Of a DNA stretch of 64,000 bases, positions 39,424 to 49,280 are shown one piece after another. A program made the position numbers and the translations under genes. The notes under the pieces were generated by a model. It was not told the DNA's origin. It saw only the letters and a program-made list of their open reading frames with translations, and made no database searches. The stretch's first letter is position 1, and every line of letters starts with the position of its first letter. Source of the DNA: Bacilli bacterium (lineage in GTDB: Bacteria; Bacillota_I; Bacilli_A; RFN20; CAG-826); contig JAGCCQ010000015.1 of NCBI GenBank assembly GCA_017651565.1, positions 2,034 through 66,033 on the forward strand, given 5' to 3'.

Positions 39424-40930
39424 TGCCGCCTTTTAAAGTGAGTTTGATATGTTTTGGATCAACTTTAACGGAAACAAGGTCACCGACGTTCCATGTGTAT
39501 GGAGTATCAACAACATAATCTTCTTCCTCTTCAGTTCTAACTAAAACTGAATAGTGATCGCCTTCGTAAACTACGGAGATAATAGTACCGTTTGCGTTAC
39601 CATTATCTTCACCATCGATGATTTCAACATCGCCTAAGCCGAATTCTGCGATAACATCAGCATCGTCTAAATCGTATTTTTTGCCATCTTTACTAATTAA
39701 GTAGAGATCTTCGTCAACATGTGAACCTGGTAATAATTGAGTAACATCGACATCGAATGTATCATCACCAATGACGAGTTTGTTGTTCTTATCTATCCAA
39801 GCATCTGTGTAGATATTCTTAGTGAATTCTTTCTTCATGATTTGAATATCTTGAGCAGCGACTGTAATTGCAACTTCACTACCATCAGGGAAATCTTTAG
39901 TTGTTCTACATTCAACTTCATTCTTACCAACTAAGATAATGTATTGGTAATGAACGCCTTTGAAAACTTTGCTGATGATTTTGCCGTGTAAATCATTTTT
40001 GTAAGCATCCAAATCATCAGAAATCTTAACATCTTCAGGTCTAACGACAACATCAACTTTTTCGTTAACTGGAAAGTCATCTACACAGTCAAATACTTTA
40101 CCTAAGAATTTAACTTTGAGTTTTCCTGCCATTGTAGCGTTATAAATATTCGATTCACCAATGAAGTTAGCAACGAATGCGTTAACAGGTTCATTATAGA
40201 TATCAGTTGGATTACCTACTTGTTGAATCTCTCCGCCCTTCATGACAACGATTGTGTCTGACATAGTAAGAGCTTCTTCTTGGTCGTGAGTAACATAAAT
40301 GAAAGTAATACCTAATTTCTTGTGCATTTCTTTCAATTCAATTTGCATATCTTGTCTCATCTTTAAGTCAAGAGCGCCTAAAGGTTCATCGAGAAGTAAG
40401 ATTTCTGGTTCGTTAACAATAGCTCTTGCAATAGCAACACGTTGTTGTTGACCGCCAGAGAGAGTAGAAATGTCTCTATTTTCAAGGTCTTCTAAATCAA
40501 TAAGTTTTAAAGCGTGCATGACTTTCTTGTCAATTTCTTCACGTGTTAAATGTCTATATTTAGTTACCTTATTGCCGTTTTTATCTGTAGCTTCGTATGG
40601 AATTTTCTTTAATTTCAAACCAAATGCAATATTGTCATAAACATCTAAGTATGGGAATAAAGCATATTTTTGGAAGACAGTGTTAATTGGTCTTTGGTAT
40701 GGAGGAATCTTTGAAATATCTTCTCCATTTAAAAGGATTTTGCCCTCAGTTGGTGTTTCGAAACCAGCAATCATTCTTAATGTAGTAGACTTACCACATC
40801 CAGATGGGCCTAAGAACGTTACGAATTCGCCCTTAGTTATGTCAAGGTTGAAGTCATCGACAACCGTAGTTCCATCGAAGACTTTTGTCACTCCTTGCAG
40901 TGAGATAATACAGTTTTCTTTTTTAGCCAT
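39401..40930 (-). CDS. potA: spermidine/putrescine ABC transporter ATPase with a long C-terminal extension
   Basis: Walker A GPSGCGKST; LSGGQQQR signature; 509 aa, long like Mollicutes PotA. Confidence 0.8.
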   Translation of the reverse strand: MAKKENCIISLQGVTKVFDGTTVVDDFNLDITKGEFVTFLGPSGCGKSTTLRMIAGFETPTEGKILLNGEDISKIPPYQRPINTVFQKYALFPYLDVYDNIAFGLKLKKIPYEATDKNGNKVTKYRHLTREEIDKKVMHALKLIDLEDLENRDISTLSGGQQQRVAIARAIVNEPEILLLDEPLGALDLKMRQDMQIELKEMHKKLGITFIYVTHDQEEALTMSDTIVVMKGGEIQQVGNPTDIYNEPVNAFVANFIGESNIYNATMAGKLKVKFLGKVFDCVDDFPVNEKVDVVVRPEDVKISDDLDAYKNDLHGKIISKVFKGVHYQYIILVGKNEVECRTTKDFPDGSEVAITVAAQDIQIMKKEFTKNIYTDAWIDKNNKLVIGDDTFDVDVTQLLPGSHVDEDLYLISKDGKKYDLDDADVIAEFGLGDVEIIDGEDNGNANGTIISVVYEGDHYSVLVRTEEEEDYVVDTPYTWNVGDLVSVKVDPKHIKLTLKGGIEKYERE

Positions 40931-41103
40931 ATTTATCCAACCCTTTCTCTACCATAGCAGGTGAAAATTTTTACGCAAAAAATCATAGAGAAAATTTCTC
41001 AAAAAAACAATAAAATTTTTTACATTTTTTTCTTGAGCGATTTTTGACGAAAACTGAATTTAAGTTTTTGTTCGATTGAATCGTACTTTTGTTTAAAAAA
41101 GAA

Positions 41104-41153
41104 CGTTCAATTTTTCTTCATTTTTTTCGTTCAATTTTTCTTCATTTTTTTCG
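41104..41153. repeat. tandem 24-bp direct repeat (cgttcaatttttcttcattttttt, two copies, four 12-nt sub-repeats) in a divergent promoter region
   Basis: Exact duplication at 41104..41127 and 41128..41151. Lies between potA (-) and the lipoprotein gene (+). Confidence 0.8.
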
Positions 41154-41161
41154 TGTAATAA

Positions 41162-41189
41162 TTGAAAGTGTTTTTTCAGTTGGTATAAT
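41162..41189 (+). promoter_or_regulatory. sigma-A promoter TTGAAA-16-TATAAT with the ATG 10 nt after the -10 (leaderless or near-leaderless transcript)
   Basis: -10 at 41184..41189; start codon at 41199; no SD sequence. Confidence 0.5.
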
Positions 41190-41198
41190 AATGACATT

Positions 41199-42254
41199 AT
41201 GAAGAAAAAATGTTGTATTTTCCCGCTATTAATTTTGCCACTATTTTCTGCATGCAAAACTGAAGTAAAAACTGCTGATTTTTTAATAGGTGCTATAGAG
41301 AACAAAATCGTCGAATTATCTCTTACAGAACTCTCTTCAAAAATAGATGCGCAACATGACACATTTTTGTTAGCTACTCATAAGGGTGATTCTTGTATTT
41401 GTTGGGCTAATTTTCAGTACACTATTACTCAATTCAATAAGCAAAGAAAAGAAGCAGGGAAAGATTATCTTCCTTTCTACTCTTTCGACACAGAATTAAT
41501 GACAGATAATTTGCCTGAGGATTTCAAAATAGATAAAATTCTTTCAGGCTATACAGATTTTTATATTTTCGATAATGGAGAAGTTTTAGAAAAATACACA
41601 AAAAATGCTAAAAAAGATGCTGCTATTTTTGAAAATGAGTCTAAATTAGCTGAAATTATTAATAGTCATATCAAAGAAGACACAATCGCAAATTACCAAT
41701 ATGTCTCATACGAGTACGCGTGTCGCGATTTAATAAATAAGGATAATAACAATGAATTTGTTTTATTCACCACTAGATCAGGTTGTGGAGATTGTAATTA
41801 CTGCATGCCAAATGTTGTTACACCGTTTTTAAAAGAAAACACCCCTAAAATTCCTGTTTATATTTGCGATATCGAAAAATATAGAGGAACAGAAGAATAT
41901 GATTCTGTTAAAGCTGCGTTAAGTTTGACAGTTGAATCAAATCCATTAGGATTTGGAAAAGGAGTTGTCCCTACTTATCAATATTGGAAAAATGGACAAT
42001 TAATAGATGCAGGTGTTTACGCAAATGACTCATTCTATTTAAATTCAGAAACCAATAAAGTCGAAGTAAAAGAAACATATTTTGATGGAACAAGAGAATT
42101 TAAATACACTACTGAAAACTTAGTTACTAAGATGAATTCTGCTGAATCATTAGAGGTAAAACAATACAACGACAATTACTTTATGGATGTTAAAAAAGCG
42201 GCCGATTTTCACGATCCGCTTCTCAAATCATTCTTAACCTACTACTGCAAATAA
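41199..42254 (+). CDS. lipoprotein of unknown function with a CGDCNYC (CxxC) motif
   Basis: Lipobox LFSAC; 351 aa. Confidence 0.5.
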   Translation: MKKKCCIFPLLILPLFSACKTEVKTADFLIGAIENKIVELSLTELSSKIDAQHDTFLLATHKGDSCICWANFQYTITQFNKQRKEAGKDYLPFYSFDTELMTDNLPEDFKIDKILSGYTDFYIFDNGEVLEKYTKNAKKDAAIFENESKLAEIINSHIKEDTIANYQYVSYEYACRDLINKDNNNEFVLFTTRSGCGDCNYCMPNVVTPFLKENTPKIPVYICDIEKYRGTEEYDSVKAALSLTVESNPLGFGKGVVPTYQYWKNGQLIDAGVYANDSFYLNSETNKVEVKETYFDGTREFKYTTENLVTKMNSAESLEVKQYNDNYFMDVKKAADFHDPLLKSFLTYYCK

Positions 42255-42258
42255 GAAA

Positions 42259-43266
42259 TTACTTTAAATTTAATTTTTCTAACATCAAATCACTAAATGC
42301 GTTCAACATAGTTTGGCGCATTTTATTTTTATTTTCATCACTTGTAAAAGCAGCGTTAATAGCATTGTCATAGATATCAATCACTTCTCTTTTATCAAGT
42401 TTAAATGTCTTAACCATAACAGCCATTTCTTTAATACAATCTGTGTTACTTACAGTCATATTGTCGGAGTTAATTGTTACTCGGATATCTTTATTAATAA
42501 ACTGTCTTAAAGGGACATCTTTATATGATTTTAAAGATTTCGTTTGGAGATTACTTGTTGGACAGAATTCAAAAGAAATCTTAGCGTTATTAACTTTTTT
42601 GACTGAAAACATATCTAAAGATAAGTGAACTCCATGTCCAATTCTAACAGCACCTTCATCTATTGCTCTCATGATTTCATCGCTACCTGTAGCTTCTCCT
42701 GCGTGAATTGTAATATTCAAACCATACTTTCTAGCTTTAGCGAAACATTCATGAAAATAAGAACATGGGTGGATTGTTTCTCCGCCAGCAAGATCAACAG
42801 CAACGACCTTATCACTAGATAATAAATTTGCAGTTTCAACTGTCTCCATATTTTCTTTTTCACATGCGTGTCTCATACAGCAAAGAATCAAATTTGCATC
42901 AATTTTATAGTCACATTCTTTTATTGCTTTTTTTAACCCACATAAAGCGGCCTTAACTACTTCTACTTGAGTCATTCCTTTATTTACATGAAGTAAAGGA
43001 GCGAATCTAATTTCAGCATAGAAAAGACCTAAATCAGCAAGTCTTTTTACTAATGAATATGTAGCGTATTCAATTGACTCAGCGTTTTGTAAAAGTGCTA
43101 CAGGAAGAGCGAATCTTTCCAAATATTCATCTAATGATTTGCAGTCCATAGGGACATAAATATTGCTTGGGAAATCTTTTCCTAAGTCAATGTTATTTAA
43201 TTTGGATAGGTACTTAAAATCTTCTTCGGATAAAGAACCATCTAGGTGTAAATGTAAATCAATCAT
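42259..43266 (-). CDS. add: adenosine deaminase
   Basis: HLHLDGS N-terminus; HAGE motif; HGVHL. Confidence 0.85.
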   Translation of the reverse strand: MIDLHLHLDGSLSEEDFKYLSKLNNIDLGKDFPSNIYVPMDCKSLDEYLERFALPVALLQNAESIEYATYSLVKRLADLGLFYAEIRFAPLLHVNKGMTQVEVVKAALCGLKKAIKECDYKIDANLILCCMRHACEKENMETVETANLLSSDKVVAVDLAGGETIHPCSYFHECFAKARKYGLNITIHAGEATGSDEIMRAIDEGAVRIGHGVHLSLDMFSVKKVNNAKISFEFCPTSNLQTKSLKSYKDVPLRQFINKDIRVTINSDNMTVSNTDCIKEMAVMVKTFKLDKREVIDIYDNAINAAFTSDENKNKMRQTMLNAFSDLMLEKLNLK

Positions 43267-43363
43267 ATATATCTCTTTTCGCTATTAATTATATAAAGAA
43301 GTTATGAAATAAAGTAACAAAAAAATGAGACTCTCAAGAATCTCATTTTAAGTTAACAATTAA

Positions 43364-44344
43364 TTAGATTTGGTCGTTACTGCCAAGGACTTCAGTAATT
43401 TTGTGTTTTACTAATTCCTTAACATATTTTCTACCATCACCGATGTATTGTCTTGGATCGAAATGATCTGGATGAGCCATGAAGTGTTCTCTAATACCAG
43501 CTGTCATAGCTAATCTTAAGTCACTATCGATGTTAATCTTACAAACAGCTAATTTTGCAGCTTTACGCAATTGTTCTTCTGGAACACCAACAGCGTCGAC
43601 CATCTTACCACCATTGTCGTTAATAATCTTAACGTATTCTTGGTTAACAGATGATGAACCGTGTAAAACGATTGGGAATCCTGGTAATCTCTTACTTACT
43701 TCTTCTAAGATATCAAATCTTAATGGAGGTGGTAATAAGATACCTGTTTTAGGATCTCTTGTGCATTGTTCTGGTTTGAATTTGAAAGCACCATGTGAAG
43801 TACCAATAGCGATTGCTAATGAGTCACAACCTGTACGTTTGACGAATTCTTCAACGTCTTCTGGTCTTGTGTAAGATTCATTACCGTGTTCAACAGCAAC
43901 TTCATCTTCGATACCAGCTAAAGTACCTAATTCAGCTTCAACTGTGACGTATGGGTGTTTAGATGTATCGTGTGCGTATTCAACGACTTTTCTAGTAATT
44001 TCGATGTTTTCTTCGAAAGGTTTGCTTGAACAGTCGATCATAACAGATGTGAATCCGTTATCGATACAATCCTTACATAATTCGAAACTGTCACCGTGGT
44101 CTAAGTGTAAGACGATTGGAATTCCAGTTTCCTCAACAGCAGCTTCAACCATTTTTCTTAAGTAAGTTGGGTTAGCATAGTTTCTTGCACCCTTACTGAC
44201 TTGAAGAATGACTGGTGAGTTGCATTCTTTTGCAGCTTCAGTGATAGCTTGAACGATTTCCATATTGTTGCAATTAAATGCACCAATTGCGTAGCCACCA
44301 TTGTAAGCTTTTGCAAATAATTCTTTTGTATTTACTAATGGCAT
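43364..44344 (-). CDS. fba: class II fructose-bisphosphate aldolase
   Basis: 326 aa; typical FbaA sequence (HLDHG...). Confidence 0.9.
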   Translation of the reverse strand: MPLVNTKELFAKAYNGGYAIGAFNCNNMEIVQAITEAAKECNSPVILQVSKGARNYANPTYLRKMVEAAVEETGIPIVLHLDHGDSFELCKDCIDNGFTSVMIDCSSKPFEENIEITRKVVEYAHDTSKHPYVTVEAELGTLAGIEDEVAVEHGNESYTRPEDVEEFVKRTGCDSLAIAIGTSHGAFKFKPEQCTRDPKTGILLPPPLRFDILEEVSKRLPGFPIVLHGSSSVNQEYVKIINDNGGKMVDAVGVPEEQLRKAAKLAVCKINIDSDLRLAMTAGIREHFMAHPDHFDPRQYIGDGRKYVKELVKHKITEVLGSNDQI

Positions 44345-44397
44345 ATTTTAATATCTCCTACCGATATAGATTATACACTAATTAACAAAAATGATTA

Positions 44398-45405
44398 TCA
44401 TTTTTTGAAGAAATCTAAAAGACTTTGGAAAGTAAATACTTTCCTATAATCATAAATTGATTCAAATTTATATTCTTTTAATCGATTACAATAAGGACTT
44501 TCTGGTCCACTTAAAATAGCGTTTGTTAAACTCATTCCAAGTTCTGTGACAATAGATTCTTCCATGAAATACATACATCTAGTATATTTATATGAATCTA
44601 ACCTACTTTTCAGTTTTAAATATTTAGTTACACCTGTAAAAGCATTAGTCCAAATATTTCCAAAAATATAATCGTAATCATGATCTTTAACATCATCTAA
44701 ATAGTTAAAAGCATCTTCATTAATGATTTTGATTTTATTTCTATTTTCACATTTTGGAAGAACATATTTTTCAAAGAAATTTATTATTTCTTGGTCATGT
44801 TCAACAACCGTAATTTCTTTTACTTTTTCATTCAAAGAAGACATAAAAGTAAAATATCCATCTCTTAAACCGAGAATTAATATTTTTCCTTTGATAATTT
44901 TTAATTGTAAATATGTAGAATCTATTACTCTAGGCAAGAGCATTTGCTTTCTATGATTTGAAAAACTGAATATAGGATATGTAATTTCTTTATTAGAAAA
45001 TCCTAAGAAAATATAGTAAAGATTACTATCGGTTTGAAGATAAGAATCGCCACTTAAAAATATCTCGTATGGTTTAATATAATCTAACGAATATGGTAAT
45101 GACGAATTTTCTTTTTTTAACTGAATTAATAAATTCAAATAAACATTATCGACATATCTATTTCCATCTTTATATCTTAAGTTTTTATTTAAATAAAAAA
45201 TATCATTTTCCTTATCTTTTAATAAAGGAGCTTTTTCTACAAAGGAATTAATAATTTCTTTTTTAATTTGGTGATTATAACTACTTTTTGGAGACGAAAG
45301 TAAAGGAAAATGATTATTCAAATACATATACAAATCTGAAATAAAATTTAGATTGTTATTATATGTTTTAAGAAGTCCATCAAGAAATTCTTTATTTGTT
45401 TTCAT
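44398..45405 (-). CDS. hypothetical protein with a spermidine-synthase-like Rossmann fold (degenerate GGGDGG motif GLRDGY)
   Basis: ILILGLRDGY...VVEHDQEII...INEDAF..L....DYIFGNIW parallels SpeE GGGDGG / VEID / DGF..L / DVII.D motifs. Confidence 0.35.
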   Translation of the reverse strand: MKTNKEFLDGLLKTYNNNLNFISDLYMYLNNHFPLLSSPKSSYNHQIKKEIINSFVEKAPLLKDKENDIFYLNKNLRYKDGNRYVDNVYLNLLIQLKKENSSLPYSLDYIKPYEIFLSGDSYLQTDSNLYYIFLGFSNKEITYPIFSFSNHRKQMLLPRVIDSTYLQLKIIKGKILILGLRDGYFTFMSSLNEKVKEITVVEHDQEIINFFEKYVLPKCENRNKIKIINEDAFNYLDDVKDHDYDYIFGNIWTNAFTGVTKYLKLKSRLDSYKYTRCMYFMEESIVTELGMSLTNAILSGPESPYCNRLKEYKFESIYDYRKVFTFQSLLDFFKK

Positions 45406-46111
45406 GAACCTTTTGCTTTAAGAGTGTAAATAAATCTTTTGAGAAACAAGTTTTACCTAATGGAACAATAGAAACAATTCCGTTTAAAACTTGATAACAG
45501 TCACTATTTTTGTCGTCGCTGAAGTCAGTTTGAAGTTCTCGTCTAGCGTAGAATCCTTCTTCTTTATGGACAAAATAATATTCGTCATGACGGTAATATA
45601 AATTGCCAATAGCGATACCTCTAACTGTGTCGCCTAAAGGGAAATTAACATTTAAAAGATAATCTGTACTAAGAAGATCATGTTCCAAAATGAACTCCAT
45701 AACAATATCAAAATATTTATCAACTAGTTCAAAATTTTTCTCGCAAGAAAACGCAACAGATTTTACCCTACCAATGAGCCCACTTAAAGCAGCGCCAATT
45801 GTGCCTGAGAACAATGAATCATATGAAATATTCCAGCCGTTATTACAGCCAGAAACAACTAAATCAAACTGCATATTTAAATTGCATAAACCGAAGCAAC
45901 AGCAATCTGCAGGAGTTCCAGAACAAGAGAAAACATTTTTATCAACTTTTTCTACAACCAACGGTCTACCAACTGTAATTGCTACTGATTTTGCAGAGTT
46001 CTCTACATTAGGAGCAACAATAACTACAGTGCCGTATTTTGATAATTTTCTTCTTAATAATTGAATACCTTCTGCAAAGTATCCGTCATCGTTTACTAAT
46101 AAAATATTCAT
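45392..46111 (-). CDS. surE: 5'/3'-nucleotidase SurE
   Basis: MNILLVNDDGY N-terminus. The shorter start is preferred because a terminator hairpin lies inside the longer ORF. Confidence 0.85.
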   Translation of the reverse strand: MNILLVNDDGYFAEGIQLLRRKLSKYGTVVIVAPNVENSAKSVAITVGRPLVVEKVDKNVFSCSGTPADCCCFGLCNLNMQFDLVVSGCNNGWNISYDSLFSGTIGAALSGLIGRVKSVAFSCEKNFELVDKYFDIVMEFILEHDLLSTDYLLNVNFPLGDTVRGIAIGNLYYRHDEYYFVHKEEGFYARRELQTDFSDDKNSDCYQVLNGIVSIVPLGKTCFSKDLFTLLKQKVHENK

Positions 46112-46138
46112 ATCTTTAATTTTATAGAAAATTAGCAA

Positions 46139-46162
46139 AAAGAAAAGAGGCAAAAGCCTCTC
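46139..46162 (-). terminator. rho-independent terminator closing the Fic/EF-G-paralog operon
   Basis: Minus strand reads agaggcttttgcctct followed by tttcttttt. Confidence 0.55.
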
Positions 46163-46180
46163 TTCCGGAAAACTATATCG

Positions 46181-48232
46181 TCACTCAGTGATACGATTCT
46201 CTTTAATGACCTTGTCCTTCAAATATTCAGGAACTTCTTCGTATGAAGCAAATTCTCTGTTGAAGTAACCAGATGCTTGAGTTAAGGATTTAAGAATTGA
46301 TGCATAATCGATGATTTCTGCTTCAGGGATTAATGCTTCAATATCTTGTAAGCCATCCTTTTCTTCCATATTTTGAATTCTTGCACGTCTAGTATTTAAA
46401 TCTGACATAACGTCACCTGTGTATTCTACAGGAACGATAACGTGAATATTCATAATTGGTTCAAGAATAATTGGATTACATCTTGGATATGCATCTTTGA
46501 AAGCTAATATACCAGCCATCTTGAATGCTTGTTCGTTTGAATCGACTGGATGGTATTTACCATCAACTAAGACACCTTTAACACCAATAACTGGGAATCC
46601 TGCTAATGGGCCAGATTGTAATGCTTCAAAGAAGCCTTTTTCAACTGCTGGGAAATAGTTCTTTGGAACTGCACCACCGAAGACTTCTTCAGCAAATATG
46701 CTTTCTTCAGCTGGCTCAAATCTCATCTTAACAACACCATAGAATCCAGAACCACCAGATTGTTTGACATATCTACCATCACCTTCAGCTGTTTTCTTAA
46801 TAGATTCACGATAGACGATCTTCATTGGTTGAGTTGTGACATCAATCTTATAAACGTCTTTTAATTTTCCTAAGATGAAGTTGATGTGAGAATCACTAAC
46901 ACCGCCTAATAATAATTGTTTTGTTTCATTATTACGTTTAACTTCAACTGCAGGATCTTCTAATTGGATTTTTTGAAGTGCTGGACCAATCTTTGATTCA
47001 TCATTTTTATTAGCTAAAATAATAGCTTTAAAGATAACGGATGTAGGATAATGAGCGCCTTTATAGAAAATCTTTGATTTAGGTGAAGATAATGTCATAC
47101 CTGAAGCAACACCTTCTAAACGAGTAATTGCAACGATATCACCTGCATGTGCTTCGTTAATTGAATCTAATTTCTTACCACACATTGCGTATAACATTGA
47201 GATTCTTTGAGTACCACCATTAACAAATACTTCATCACCAGTACGGATAACACCAGAGTTAATCTTTACTAAGTTAATGATACCTGAATATGGATCACAT
47301 ACTGTTTTGAATACGTAACCTGAGAATGGTTCGTTATCATCAGTTGCTCTAAGAACTTCTTTACCATTTTCATCTTTTGCTTCATATGGTTTTAAATCAC
47401 ATGGAGATGGTAAGTAGTCAATGAACATATCTAACATAGTTAGACAGCCAATATTCTTTGTAGCGGAACCTACTAATACTGGAGCAAGTTCACCAGCTAA
47501 GACACCTTTACGCAATGATTCTCTAACTTCATCTTGAGTGAATTGTTCACCAGCGAAGAATTTTTCTAATAAAGCATCATCTGTCTTAGCGACTTCTTCT
47601 GCGATTGCGTTATATAATTCAAAGACTTTGTCTTTCTTATCATCATAGATAGGAGCTTCATTACATTTGACTCCATCAAAGATGAATGCTTTTAATGCGA
47701 CACAGTTTGCGAATCCATCAAAGCCATCATTATGTCCTAATGGATATGTAAATGGAATTGCTTGTTTGCCTAACTTAGTTCTAATTTCATCTAAGACTTC
47801 GTCAAACTTAACGTTATCTTTATCCATCTTATTAAGATAGATAAATGCAGGTATTCCACGTTTTCTTAATTGATTCCAGTGTTTAATTGTTCCAACTTGA
47901 ACACCAACGGATGCATCAATAATTAAGATAGCTCCTTTAACAGCTCCTAATGCACCGATGTATTCAGAAATGAAGTCATCATTTCCAGGAACGTCAATTA
48001 AGTTGATTTTGTGTCCTTTATAAATTAATGGAATAATTGCAGTTTGAATTGATCCACCACGTTTTTGTTCTTCTGGTAAGTAGTCAGAAATTGTATTTTT
48101 CTTTTCTACTTCACCTTTAGAAGGTATTAATCCACTAGCTAATGCTAATGCTTCAGCTAAAGTTGTCTTACCTGCACTTTGGTGTCCTAAGATTAATACG
48201 TTTCTAATGTTTTTTGCATCATAATTTGCCAT
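46181..48232 (-). CDS. EF-G family translational GTPase paralog with degenerate catalytic motifs
   Basis: 683 aa, five-domain EF-G-like. G1 is GHQSAGKT (canonical AHxDxGKT); switch II is DVPGNDDF (canonical DxPGH, so the catalytic His is replaced by Asn); G4 NKMD is intact. Confidence 0.75.
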   Translation of the reverse strand: MANYDAKNIRNVLILGHQSAGKTTLAEALALASGLIPSKGEVEKKNTISDYLPEEQKRGGSIQTAIIPLIYKGHKINLIDVPGNDDFISEYIGALGAVKGAILIIDASVGVQVGTIKHWNQLRKRGIPAFIYLNKMDKDNVKFDEVLDEIRTKLGKQAIPFTYPLGHNDGFDGFANCVALKAFIFDGVKCNEAPIYDDKKDKVFELYNAIAEEVAKTDDALLEKFFAGEQFTQDEVRESLRKGVLAGELAPVLVGSATKNIGCLTMLDMFIDYLPSPCDLKPYEAKDENGKEVLRATDDNEPFSGYVFKTVCDPYSGIINLVKINSGVIRTGDEVFVNGGTQRISMLYAMCGKKLDSINEAHAGDIVAITRLEGVASGMTLSSPKSKIFYKGAHYPTSVIFKAIILANKNDESKIGPALQKIQLEDPAVEVKRNNETKQLLLGGVSDSHINFILGKLKDVYKIDVTTQPMKIVYRESIKKTAEGDGRYVKQSGGSGFYGVVKMRFEPAEESIFAEEVFGGAVPKNYFPAVEKGFFEALQSGPLAGFPVIGVKGVLVDGKYHPVDSNEQAFKMAGILAFKDAYPRCNPIILEPIMNIHVIVPVEYTGDVMSDLNTRRARIQNMEEKDGLQDIEALIPEAEIIDYASILKSLTQASGYFNREFASYEEVPEYLKDKVIKENRITE

Positions 48233-48242
48233 AATTTTCCCC

Positions 48243-49280
48243 TTATAATCTGAAGTACTTGCTGTATCTACCTTTGGTAATTAATTGAATCTTGTCATCC
48301 TTAACTAATTCAGATAGAGCTTTTTCAATTGTTGTTCTTGATGTTGCATAAAGAACTCTTTCAATGATTTCTTTAGTAACAGGAGTTGCTGAATCTGTAA
48401 CAACTCTAAGAACTTTCTTGTCAGCATTACCTTCTTCAAGGTTGACTTCGATGATATAGTCGAATTTTCTATAAGCTTCGAGAACACACTTAAGGACAAA
48501 TTCTACGAAAGGAACATAATCATTTGTTGCATCTTCCCAGCCTTTTGCTGAAGCTTCAAATGCATCAATATAATCTCCAACACGGTGTTTCATAATGTTA
48601 GGGATTGCGAAGTAATCACCGATTGTGTAATCATTCTTCTTCATTAAGAAGTTGAGTAATAAACGGGATACTCTACCATTTCCATGGTTATATGGATGGA
48701 TGCACATGAAGTCGAACATGAATAAGATGCTTAAGACTAGTTTATTAATATGTTCATCTTTGAGACACTCGTTATATTGATAAATCAAGTTATCTAATAA
48801 TGGGACTACTTCTTCAGGAGCAGCTGTAACAAAGATTGTTCTGAAATCTCCGTCTGGCATCATCTCCTGAATATAGTTTTGAGAGTCTTTATATTGCCCG
48901 CCAAATTCTGGATTATAATCTTTATAAATGTAGTAATGTAGGGTAGAAATGAAGCTTCTATCTAATGGTTGATATTTATTAACTTCAGCGATTAAATTAA
49001 GCGCATTTCTATAGCCTGCTACCATGTGCTCCTGGAAAGTAACTGGTTTAGCACCTTTTACGAATATTTCTTCTTCTCTTGCGTCTTCAATTGTTACGTT
49101 ACCGATTTCGTTACTAGCGATAACTCCGGATCTAACTGCGATGTCAGTTAAAATATCTACTTTCTTTAAATCCTTTGCTCTTAAAGCTTTTCCACGATAA
49201 AGCTCAATAGATTGGAGCAAGGAATTGATGTTTGGGGTGTTTAAAGAAAGTGAAACACCCTTTAAGTCGAACATTCTCAT
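48243..49280 (-). CDS. Fic-family protein (Fic_N + Fido domain + C-terminal wHTH)
   Basis: Fic motif HPYNHGNGRVSR (canonical HPFx[DE]GNGRxxR, with His in place of the acidic residue); 345 aa. Confidence 0.8.
   Translation of the reverse strand: MRMFDLKGVSLSLNTPNINSLLQSIELYRGKALRAKDLKKVDILTDIAVRSGVIASNEIGNVTIEDAREEEIFVKGAKPVTFQEHMVAGYRNALNLIAEVNKYQPLDRSFISTLHYYIYKDYNPEFGGQYKDSQNYIQEMMPDGDFRTIFVTAAPEEVVPLLDNLIYQYNECLKDEHINKLVLSILFMFDFMCIHPYNHGNGRVSRLLLNFLMKKNDYTIGDYFAIPNIMKHRVGDYIDAFEASAKGWEDATNDYVPFVEFVLKCVLEAYRKFDYIIEVNLEEGNADKKVLRVVTDSATPVTKEIIERVLYATSRTTIEKALSELVKDDKIQLITKGRYSKYFRL

Noticed and set aside
41104-41153. Possible CRISPR array
   Set aside because: Only two directly abutting 24-bp units with no spacers; no cas genes in the window.
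41093-41362. Minus-strand 89-aa ORF spanning the tandem-repeat intergenic region
   Set aside because: It translates the T-tract repeats and promoter region and is antisense to the lipoprotein gene start; an artefact of AT-rich sequence.
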